Shown here: positions 52,901 to 64,000 of the stretch, piece after piece
How the letters are laid out: each line of letters begins with the position of its first letter
Position numbering within the stretch: position 1 is the first letter of the stretch
Origin: Lama glama
Taxonomy: Eukaryota
Direction: 5' to 3'
Length of the DNA stretch: 64,000 nucleotides
NCBI GenBank assembly: GCA_028534125.1
Contig: CM052816.1
Location: 74,650,001 to 74,714,000 of the forward strand
The notes under the pieces: model-generated
The model's database searches: none
What the model saw: only the letters and a program-made list of their open reading frames with translations
Told to the model about the DNA's origin: nothing
Position numbers and translations under genes: made by a program

Positions 52901-53644
52901 TTGACCAAATTCTGAAACAGAGGTTTACACAACTTTCACTAGTGGGAGTGTGTATGTATGCACGTGTATGCATGTGTGTATAATTTTTCTTTTTTCAATA
53001 GCTATACTACTTAAATCTTTACTCTTTAATCAAAACAGCCACATATGTATATATGTATTCTATGAGACCTCAACTTTTACTCCACTATCCTTAAACCAAC
53101 CTTTATTCCACTATCCTTAAATTTCTTATTTCAAATTTAGACTTTTACACAGCAACAGAATATCAACCATCTCTGCCTACCAGTCAACTTGTAAAACAAC
53201 CATCTTGGTTTTTCAAGGGTGCTTGTTTATATATCCATTTGAGTGCTTTATTACATTTTCCTGCAATGTTTAAAATATGTAAATGGAGGATGAAGAAGAT
53301 CAATATGCTAATATTAATACAAAGACAAAGAGTATGAAGCAGACCCAAGGAGATGCCCCTTCTGTATGGTTTGGATGCCTATTGAAGTAAGCTTGCTGAT
53401 TATGTTTAATTCCAATGGAAGAGAAAAAAATTTTAAAAATCTATAAAATACTAATAAGATATTATTGAAGATTCCATATCCAAAAGGTAAATTGCTGTAA
53501 TAGAGAGTTTAAAATGTTATAGACTGAGATTCCCAGGATTACATATCACCTAACAGAGATACAGCTTTCTCCAACCTCTTAATCAATAGAATTAGAAGCC
53601 CAGACAGCATTTCTCCAATCAACTTAAAAAATTTATATAGAGTA

Positions 53645-56600
53645 AAACTGAAAACAGGAAATCAATAGAGATTAATCAATAAAGCCAAAAGATGGTTCTT
53701 TGAAAATGTCATTAAAATTGATAAGACTCTAGCCAGACTAACTAAGAAAAAAGAGGAAGGATACTAGTTGCTAGTATCAGAAATGAAAGAAGGGACCTTA
53801 CTACAGATCCCCTGGATATTAAAAGGATAATAAAATAATATTATGAACTGCTCTATGTTCACAAATTTGCCAACATAGATGAAATGGACCAATTCCTTGA
53901 AAAATACAGTTCACCAAAACTCACACAAGAAGAAACAGACAATCTGTTTAGGCTCATGTCTGTTAAAGAAATTGAATAAACAATAAATAACCTTCCAAAA
54001 CAGAAAGCATTAGGCCCAGGTAGGTTGATTGGTATATTCTGCCAAAAACTTAGGAAAGAAATTATACCAATTCTTTATAATCTTCTTCAGAATATACAAG
54101 TAGAGGGAATACTTCCTAACTCAATCAATAGTTCAGCATTACCCTAATAGCAAAACAAGACAAAGACACTATAAGGAAAGTAAACTATAGATTAATATCT
54201 CCCTTGAATATAGATGCAAAAACCTTCAACAAAATATAAGCAAATAAAATCCAATAATGCATAAAAAGAATTATATACATGACCAAGTGGGATTTATTCC
54301 AGGTATGCAAGGCTGATTCAACACTAGAAAATCAAGTAACATAATCCACCACATCAACAGGCTAAAGAAAAAAAAATCATAGGATCATATCAATAGATGC
54401 AGGAAAAGAATTGGACCAAATCCAACACACATTTATGATAAAAACTCTCAGACAATTAGGAATAGAGAGGAACTTTCCCAACCTGATTTAAGAACATCTA
54501 TAAAAAACCCTGCAGGTAACATTATAATGGTGAGAAACTCAAAGCCACTGAGATCATGAATGAGGCAAGGATATCTTTCACCACTCCTTTTTAACACTGT
54601 ACTGAGAGTTCTAGCTAATTAAATAGGACAAAATGAAATAAGAAGTATACAGATTGAGAAGGGAAAAAAAACTGCCTTTGTTCACAGATGGCATGGTTAT
54701 CTAAGTAGAAAATCTGAGAGAACTGACAAAAAAGCTCCTGGGACTAATAAGCAATTATAGCAAGACTGCAGGACACAAGATTACTAAGTATAAAAATTTA
54801 CTACTTTATTATATACCAGCAAAGACCAAGTGGAATTTGAATTAAAAACATTTACATTAGCATGACCCAAATGAAAAAAATTAAGTATAAATCTAGCAAA
54901 ATATGTACAAGATCTATATAAAAACTATAAAATGCTAATAAATGAAATAAAAAATTAAATAAATGAAGAGATATTCCATATTTATGAATGGAAAGACTCA
55001 ATACTGTCAAGACATCAGTTCTTTCTAACTTGATCTATACATTCAATGCAACACCAATCAAAATCTCAATTATTTTATGGATATCAACAAACTGATTGTA
55101 ATGTTTATAATGGAGAAGTAAAACACTCAGAATAACCAACATAATATTGAAAGACAAGAACAAAGGTGAAAGACTGAAACCACCCAACTTCAAGAATTAC
55201 TAAAGCTATAGCTATCAAGACAGTGTGGTATTGGTGGAAAAAAAAGACAGATAAATGAGGACCCAGAAATAGATTCACATAAATATAGTCAACTGATCCT
55301 TGACAGAGGAGCAAAGGCAATGCAAGGGAGCAAAGACAGCCTTTTCAACAAATGGTGCTGGAACAACTAACTGGACATCACACATGAAAAAATTAATCTA
55401 GACACAGATCTTAAAATAGTCACGAAAATTAACTCAAAATGGATCATAGACCTAAATGTAAAAGGCAAAACTATAAAACACCTAGAAGATAAAATAGGAG
55501 AAAACCTAGATGACTCTGGATACAGTGATGACTCTTTAGATAAAACACCAACAGCATAATCTGTGAAAGAAATCATTGGTAAGCTGGGCTTTATTAAAAT
55601 TAAAAACTTCCGCTCTGAGAAGACAAGCCACAGACTGAAAGAAAATCTTTGCCAAAGACACATGTGATAAAGGACTATTATCCAAAATGTACAAAAATAA
55701 AAACCTCTTAAAACTTAACAATAAGAAAACAACAACAACAAAATTTTAAAAATGAGCCAAAGACCTTAACAGATACCTCATCAAAGAAGGTATCTTGGTG
55801 AAGCATCTGTTAAGATAGAGATGGCAAGTAAGCATATGAAAAGATGCTCCATGCCATATGTCATCAGGGAAATGCAACATAAAACAATGAGAGACCACTA
55901 CACACTTATTAGAACATCCAAGATTCAGAACGCTGATAACGCCCAATGTTGGAGAGCATGTGGAACAACAGGAACACTTATTCATTGCTGGTGGGAACGC
56001 AAAATAGTATAGCCACTTTGGGAGACAGTCTAGTGGTTTCTTAACAAAACTGAATACTATATATTCCTATTATATGATATAGCTATGTGCTCCTTGGTAG
56101 TTACCCTTGGTATTTACTACTTGGTATTGTCCACACAAAAGTCTGCACATAGATATTTATACCAGCTCTATTCATAATTGCCAAAACTTGGAAGCAAACA
56201 AGACATCCTTCAGCCAGTGAATGAATAAATAAACTGTGGTACATCCAAATGGTGGGATATTATTCAGTCCTAAAAAGAAACGAGTTATTGAGCCATAAAA
56301 AGATGTGGAGGAATTTTAAATGCATATTATTAAGTGAAAGAAGTCAATATGAAAAAGCTATATATTGTATGATTCCAACTATATGATATCCCAGAAAAGA
56401 CAAAACTATGGAGGCAGTATAAAGATCAGTGGTTGTCAAGTGGTGAGTGGAGGAGAGGAGGGATGAATAGGTAGAGCACAGAGGACTTTGGGGGCAGTGA
56501 AAATACTCTGTATAGTACTGTAATGATAGATTATACATTTGTCCAAATCCACAGAATGTACAACACCAAGAGAGAACCCTAAAGTAAACTATGGACTTTG

Positions 56601-56757
56601 GGTAATTATGATGTGTGGATGTAGGTTCATCAGCTGTAACAAATGGACCACTCTGCTGGGGACGGTGATAATGCAGGTGTGGGGGGAAAGATATATGGGA
56701 AATCTCTGTACCTTTTTCTCAGTTTTGTGTGAACTTAAAGCTGCTCTAAAATAACAA
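53645..56757 (+). mobile_element. Old L1 (L1MC1-like 3' end), ~3.1 kb with disrupted ORF2 RT region
   Basis: gaccaagtgggatttattccaggtatgcaaggc (DQVGFIPGMQG) and ttcacagatggcatg (degenerate FADDM); many stops; 3' UTR caacaccaagagagaaccctaaagtaaactatggactttggg. Confidence 0.92.
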
Positions 56758-56764
56758 AGTGTTT

Positions 56765-57840
56765 ATAAATCTTAGCAATGTTCTCCTAGGGCAGTCTATC
56801 CAAGCAATAGAAATAAAAGCAAAAATAAACAAATGGGACCTAATTAAACTTATAAGATTTTGCACAGCAAAGGAAACCATAAGCAAAACAAAATGACAAC
56901 CTATGGAATGGAAGAAAATATTTGCAAATGATGCAACTTACAAAGGCTTAATTTCCAGAATATATAAACAGCTCATATAACTTAACAACAAAAAAACAAA
57001 CAACCCAATCCAAAAATGCACAGATGGCCTAAACAAGCAATTCTCCAATGAAGACATACAAATGGCCAATAGGCACATGAAAAATTGCTCAGTATCACTA
57101 ATTATCAGAGAAATGCAAATCAAAACTACAGTGAGGTATCACTTCACATCAGTCAGAATGTCCATCTTTCAAAAGTCCACAAATGATAAATGCTGGAGAG
57201 GCTGTGGAGAAAAGGGGACCCTCCTACACTGTGGGTATGAATGTAGTTTCCATAATGGTGCAGCCATTATGGAAAACTGTATGGAGATTCCTCAAAAGAC
57301 TAAACATAGACTTACCATATGATCCAGCAATCTCACTCCTGGGCATATATCCAGAGGGAACTCTAATTTTAAAAGGTCCATACACCCCAATGTTCATAGC
57401 AGCACTGTATACAATAGCCAGGTCATGGAAACAACCTAAATATCCATTGACAGATGACTTGATAAAGAAGATGTGGTATACTTATACAATGGAATACTAC
57501 TCAGCCACAAAAAAGAATAAAATAATGCCATTTGCAGCAACATGGATGGACCTGGAGATCATCATTCTAAGTTAAGTAGGGCAGAAAGAGAATGAAAAAT
57601 ACATATGACGTCACTCATATGTGGATTCTAAAGAAAGAAAAAAGAAGATACTAATGAACTTATCTGTGAAACAGAAATGGACTCACATAGTAAATAAACT
57701 TATGATTACCAGGCCAGAAAGGGAGTGGGAAGGGATAAATTTGGAGTTCGAGATTTGCAAATATTAACTATAATATATAAAATAAATAACAAATTTCTTC
57801 TGTAGAGCACAGGACACTATATTCAATATCTTGTAGTAAT
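56765..57840 (+). mobile_element. Young lineage-specific L1 fragment lacking its 3' terminus
   Basis: ORF2 C-terminal translation [23 protein letters not shown]...[14 protein letters not shown] and [13 protein letters not shown]; 3' UTR homologous to 40098-40830 but stops at tattcaatatcttgtagtaa. Confidence 0.93.
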
Positions 57841-58156
57841 TTCATCAGGGTTTAAGAAGCTACAGTATTATTTCTGAACAGAAAGAAATTTAGAATTACT
57901 TTTTGTTCTCTGAGAATAGACCTCCCCTCCTCTTTAGATATTCTACTTTCAATAGCACTCGAAGAGAAGCTATATGTATAAAAGTAGCAAATTGTATCTA
58001 AATGAAATATTTATCTCAGACCCTCATAAAGTTTACAATCTTATACTCTGCAATTCCCATTCTTAGAATCACATCTTTGGGTTTAAGTCTGTTATTATCA
58101 GATGGGCAACATAAATGAAGTCCATTATGTTTCAAAATCAGAATTGAAAATGTTAA

Positions 58157-58251
58157 CTTTTTTTTGTTGTTGTCAGGGGAGGTACTAGGGTTAAACCCAG
58201 GACCTCATGCATGCTAAGCATGTGCTCTGCCGCTGAGCTATATACCCTCCC
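58157..58251 (-). mobile_element. tRNA-derived SINE (camelid type) with TSD
   Basis: ggaggtactagggttaaacccaggacctcatgcatgctaagcatgtgctctgccgctgagctatataccctccc; flanks aaaatgttaact / aaaatggtaact. Confidence 0.9.
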
Positions 58252-59319
58252 TTCAAAATGGTAACTTTTTTGATGGGCATTTTTCTCAAGTGTGTTGCTC
58301 ATGTTCTTCCATTCTTAGAGAATGCAGAATATAATAGCAAGTGTTATTATTTGGTATCATTACCAGCATGTATTACTGTGTCATTTGGTACAATAATTTT
58401 TGGGCCTAATGAAGTATAGGTGTAGGGTTTTATGGATTTACATATATGTATATTTAATAGCAACTATTTAACTTATAAAAATTTCACATCTTTTAAATAC
58501 ATTTTTGTTTCTTCTCTTTTTCTAATATTTTATTTTTTCACTAACTTAAACACATCCTATAAAGATTTAACAGGCTTTAAATAAGGATCTGAAGATTTCT
58601 GCCAGAAATAATAAGTTTAGGCTTGTAGTTTTGGAACTTGGTTTGGCAGCTTAGATGCCTCTTGGTCTCTGTTGTATTCTGGGAGATGGAAATTGCCTGA
58701 ATAGTGACTGCTGGAAAGGTGCGATGTTATCATAACAAACTTTGGTTTGCTAAGGACTTCATGAGTATTCCTAAATGACTGGCAAATTTTCCCTTGTCTT
58801 TTATTATGAAATGTTTCAAGAATGCCAAATATACCTAAAAACTTAGTGTCAAAAGACCATAGCATGTGAGAACTGATAAAAACTTCAGTGATTCCACACT
58901 CTCATTTTGCAAATGAATAAGAAAATAGGGGCCCAGCAATGACCAATGACCTCTCCTACATCACACTCATCTCTCACTTTTATTTGCCACTCACAATAAT
59001 ACGTTATCTTGAATCTTGTTAAAGTGTCCTTATACGCAGCCATGTCTCCAAAGTTTAAATCTTTATCACCTTGGTATCTGATTTACTACAGTGGCCCATT
59101 TCTTGATAATTCTTCTTTTTGCAGAGTTTTGTAAAGAGAGCACCACGGGCAGTTTAGGCAGGGAAATTCTTTTGTGGGAAATTGACTTTGACATTGATAC
59201 ATGTTTTGCCTCCTTCACCCCAATGTAATAAATGGTTTTCTCACTGGTCCTACCCTCACCCATACCCTTCCCCACTCTTCCACTCATGAAATACCAAAAA
59301 TACTCCCATATCTCAAATA

Positions 59320-59823
59320 GATAATTTGTATATCCATGTTCATAGCAGCATTATGCACAAGAGCTAAAAGGTGGAGGCAACCTGTGTCCATCAACAAATG
59401 AATAAATAAATAAAATGTGGTATATACATACAATGTAATATATAATATAATAATGCAGCCTTGAAAAGGAAGGAAATTCTGTTACATGTTACAACATGGA
59501 TAAACCTTGAGGACATTTAGCTAAGTGAAATAACTCAGTCACAAAAAGACAAATACTATATGATTCCTCTGTTTATATGAGTAGTTAAATGCATAGGGAC
59601 AGAAAACAGAATGGTGGTACCAGGGGCTGAGGAGATGGGAAATGGGGAGTTAGTATTTAATGGGTACAGAGTTTCAGTTTTGCAAGAGGGAAATATTTCT
59701 GAAGATGGATGGAGGAGGTGATGGTTATTCAACAATATATTTAATGACACCTAAAAAGACTAAGTAAATTTTATGTTATGTGTATTTTACCACAATTAAA
59801 AATAAAAACAAAAAAGTTTAAAA
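59320..59823 (+). mobile_element. L1MB-like 3' end
   Basis: ccatgttcatagcagcatta...cagtcacaaaaagacaaatact...aatgggtacagagtttcagtttt...tattttaccacaattaaaaataaaaa. Confidence 0.88.
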
Positions 59824-62445
59824 AGACCCCTATATACTTCCAATTGCACCCCTCTCCCACTGACATTGTGGAGGGGGTGCTGAGCCACTGCATCCATTCT
59901 TGAGAAGCCTTTCTTAAATTAATTCTCTTAAAGCCTTCCCTGATGAACCCAGCCCATTTCCTGTTTATAGCAATGATTGACTATTATATTTATTCCCAGC
60001 TTCAAATGATTTGTATCACATAATCTGACACATTATTATGTACATTTTGGTTCATTAAATGGCTCTGTGTTCTGAGCTAGACCTTAAAATCCTCGGGCTT
60101 TTGTCTGACTCTCAGGACCTTGCTCAGTACTAGGCCTATGATTTATATTCCATAAATACTTGTCTATCAGTTGACTAGTGGAGGCATTACCAGAGAGCAA
60201 CCTACAGCTACAGAAGTCGTGATTACTTGGAATTTGGATGTGCTGCCTGCTGCACTTTCCTTAGCCTCCCTCTGCACTTTCCACCTTGCTACAGCACTGT
60301 GAGTTACTGTCCTCCTACAGGCAACAAAAGTACCATTGTCCTGGGGAGTTTGAGTCTTGCTGCCTCGTTATTATGGAAAATTGTAAAGACCTCTTTAAGC
60401 TTGAGCTCCCTTCATCTGTGAATCACAGAGGCCTGCTTTTAAAGCCAGTGTAATTTCTCAGCCCTCCTGGAGGAAGCCTCTGTTCAGTTCTTACATTCAC
60501 TAATAAGGTCAAACCTTTCCCACCTGTTCACATTAGCCTTTTCATTTACTATTCTTTGGAACCATTTCAGACTTACTGTCAAGTAATAACCTGCCATCAT
60601 TTAACTCTGTACGGTATGGCTTTTTTCTCTCCTCCAAGTTCAGCACTTCCCCCTCAGACACTCAACTCTCCTTCCCTATCCAACTCCCAAACTAGACATT
60701 ACTGCACAAGAGCCATGAGGTTTTCAAGCCCCAACAATTCATTTCCAGAATCAGAATGCATTTAATCTTTCTAAATTTCTCTGACCTTCTTAAGCTTTCA
60801 TGCAGGAACATGATGCTCGGTAAAGTAGTAGAGCATGAAAAAGCCCTTTGCAATTTGGTACAGGGAAATGGAACCCTGAAAACCTATTGGAGGCATAATC
60901 ATCTGACAACTGCTCAAAGCCTGGGTAGAGCAAACCAGGAGCAGATTTATTACTGCTCCAAAGTACGCCTTTGGTTTTGATAAGAGTTTCTGCCCAAGAA
61001 AAACAGTTATTTCGTGCTGTTACTACTTCTTATATCTTTGTTCAATTTTAACAACCTATGCAGGAGTAGTAACAATTCCTTCCAACTTCTGCCTTTCACC
61101 AAGAACTGTTACTCAGTGGCCATAAGCCCTACAAGTCATTAATGAGCATCCTGACTGATCTATTCAGGAGAGCTTTATGCAGCCTCTATGACTTTAGCCC
61201 ACACTGGAGATGAATTACAGAGGCCCTGTTTCCAGCATGAGGCTGTGATTCCCTATGTTAACCTGAACATCTGTTGATTTTGATACCTGCCTACCCAGAG
61301 GGCACGTGGTTCTCTTTCAAAGAATTCACATCAAATGTTAATAGGGTCCTTTGGGGAGTCTTCTTTACATGAATAGAATATAATTCATATTTTGTGCCTA
61401 GTATTTTCCTTCCTGTTGATTTTGGGGTAGAGCTGATGGGAAGTATGATGCTTCATACAGCCACAGGGAAGAGGTGAAGCAGGGAGGGGTGGAGGGCTTC
61501 ACTGTCTGTTCCTCACTGTACTTTTATTTCCAAGGTGATGTTTCAGGGCAGTAGAACATCCTCTTTGAGCACATATGTTGGTAATACATTTCTCAAGGCA
61601 AAATAATAAGTGAGGTTCCTCACCATTTTCATTAGGACATTTGGGACTGTTTTGAAGAAGTCCTGATGTTCCCTGAGGTTATGAAATTTCACGCTCCATT
61701 TCGAAAATGTGGCTGCAAATGTGATGGAGAAAAAGGCAAGTGTTCTTGGCACATTTGTGTGTGTTTTCTAATGTGGTTGGTTTGTGTGGTCTGAACAAGT
61801 AAATGGCAAGGAGGGTACAAAAAACCCCGTGTGTCCTGGTCTTCTAACAAGTTGACCTGTGTGCCACAGAATGAACAAGGACAGAAAACTCTTTAAAGGA
61901 AGATCGATTGTTATCTTGGCAACTTTGTCAATAAATTGACCCTTAGTTGTTCACACTGACTTGTTCAACACAAACGGCAGATGCCTTTATAAATCTAAAA
62001 TCAACCATGGATCGAGGTTGTAAAGAATCCTATGCACTCTAGGAGCTGGTAGTCCTTATGCTGCTAATGTTATTTTAAAATTAGGGATTAATGATTCTCT
62101 TCTTCTAGGTGTCTGATGCCCTAAAAAAGTTGCCGGACACCACATGAAACAAACCTATGTCAGCTTCGTATGCATCAGAAGCTAATCCTTTACCAAGTGT
62201 TTCTGCGTTTCAGAGGAGAATTACAACATTGCCCCAAAATGTGTAAGCCATGAATTTATCTGTATAATTATCAAACTATAAATCATTTTATGGCAGTTAT
62301 ACAAGGTTGGCATGGACAGAGACTGCAAACACATGTTTATGTCCTCCCTCTTTCTGGAAATTAGATTCAAGGTGACTCCCATAAAATCAGAATGACTCCT
62401 CCCCACTCCCAACCCAGATGTGAAAGTGATGATTTTTCTTGACAC

Positions 62446-62464
62446 AGAGAGAGAGGGAGAAGGG

Positions 62465-62490
<26 letters not shown>
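62446..62490. repeat. (GA)n microsatellite
   Basis: Read directly. Confidence 0.95.
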
Positions 62491-62495
<5 letters not shown>

Positions 62496-62953
62496 AGCAG
62501 TGAGTTGATAAATCTCTGATGAAGGGAGAGGAGTGTTCATGATTGTAGATCAGGCCAGCTTCAGTGATAACTGATCTATTTTTATGTCTTCTACATATTG
62601 GGCTCATGTATAAGCTTTTATTTGAATCTAGTTCAATGGCAGCAAGTTTAAAAAACATTTTATCATTTTACAATTGGCAACATTTATTTTTGATTCCATG
62701 TCTCACTTCCACCCTCTTTCCATACCCTTATTTTTTTGATCTTTATTCCAGTCAATAATCCATCAATAAAGTCTCCATGGGCTCCTTTGGAAAGCTTAAT
62801 TTGTAGTAAGAATAGAGGTTGGTGCCCTCTGGAGCTTTGGACTCTTTTGCAACGCCCTTCTTGTTACTCCATAATCTTTTTCTCTACCATTCTCACTTTG
62901 ATTTCCATTTTCTCCACTGCTCAGTTACCTGTGTCCTCTGCTGTCACCTCAAA

Positions 62954-63175
<222 letters not shown>

Positions 63176-63547
63176 TTCTCCAATTCTCATTTCAAACAGA
63201 ACCACAAAAGATAGCAAGGCAAAGAGCAGGAGTCAGAGACAGAGAGAAGTGCGTCACTATGGTACAGCCACAACTGTTCTCTCCTTGTTTTCTATGTCCC
63301 AATGTGTCCAATTTTTACTGGATCTTGGTTCCTTCAACCAAAAGTATGCACAAAGTTCTTCAAAACAAAGCAAAGAGCAGCTTTAGCTTCAGACAACCTG
63401 TGACATTGGCAAACCTGCCTTCTAAAGCTCTCTCATGATTCTCCTGGAATGCTCCCCCTCCCTTATGACCCTTGTCCCCTGCCCTTGGCATGCCCACCTT
63501 GTTGCTGCACATCACTGAGCAAAAGTGAATACTCAGTGGAGATGGAA

Positions 63548-63906
63548 CAAGGGTTGACCAACTTTTTTCCATGAAGGGCCAGATAGTTAATATTTCAAGC
63601 TTTGCAGACCACACGTGTGGCTTTGGTTGCAACCACTCAGCTCTGCAGCTGTTGCACAAAAGCAGCCAAAAGCCAGACATAAAGGAATGGTCAAGGCTGT
63701 GTTCTGATCAAACTATATTCATGTGCACGTAAATCTGAATTTCAAGTAAGTTTCATGTGTCAGAAAATATTTTTCTTGTTTTGATTCTCAGCGAGCATTT
63801 AAAAGTATAAGAAAAAAACATCTCAGCAGGTAGGCTGAGTAGCAACAAAAAAATACACAGGCCATGGGCCAGATCTGGCTCGAGGGCTACAGTTTGCAGA
63901 CCCCTG
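63548..63906. mobile_element. MER58B hAT-Charlie element
   Basis: aagggccagatagttaatattt...caaccactcagctctgc...tgaatttca...gggccagatctggc...agtttgcagacccctg. Confidence 0.85.
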
Positions 63907-64000
63907 ATGTAAAAGATAAACTCTTGGAGGCTAGGAATTTTATGTGAGTGGCATGAGGATCGATCTATTTCTATTTTGGCATGAGTCATGCCCACAGGCG

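Noticed and set aside
53645..57840. Reverse transcriptase-like coding sequence
   Set aside because: Ordinary decayed L1 ORF2 with stops and frameshifts; not an intact gene or a novel RT system

Overview
Mammalian genomic DNA, not prokaryotic. It is probably camelid, inferred from four tRNA-derived SINEs with a ggtagag...gcatgcttagcatgcatg...gggttcaatccc head, related young L1 3' ends, and no recognisable Alu or BovB. I found no credible protein-coding exon; the ORF track is explained by repeats, CpG-island composition or chance. The main feature is a CpG-island promoter (~20950-22620). It carries a likely non-coding first exon on the minus strand with an interrupted CGG/CTG repeat, so bases 1-22 kb are probably intron 1 and 22.6-64 kb is repeat-rich upstream DNA. 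I could not identify the gene with confidence. The strongest observations are: (1) a Kozak-perfect, ATG-initiated 31-aa poly-Gly/Cys uORF reading through the GGC repeat; (2) a 507-bp non-L1 insert with AATAAA, an A-tail and an exact 17-bp TSD, i.e. an L1-mobilised retrocopy that looks ERV-internal in origin; (3) TATA and splice-site evidence for overlapping antisense transcription; (4) a perfect DR1 nuclear-receptor element overlapping a hairpin. Repeat family names come from memory of consensus sequences and boundaries are approximate. There is a 500-N gap at 17542-18041.
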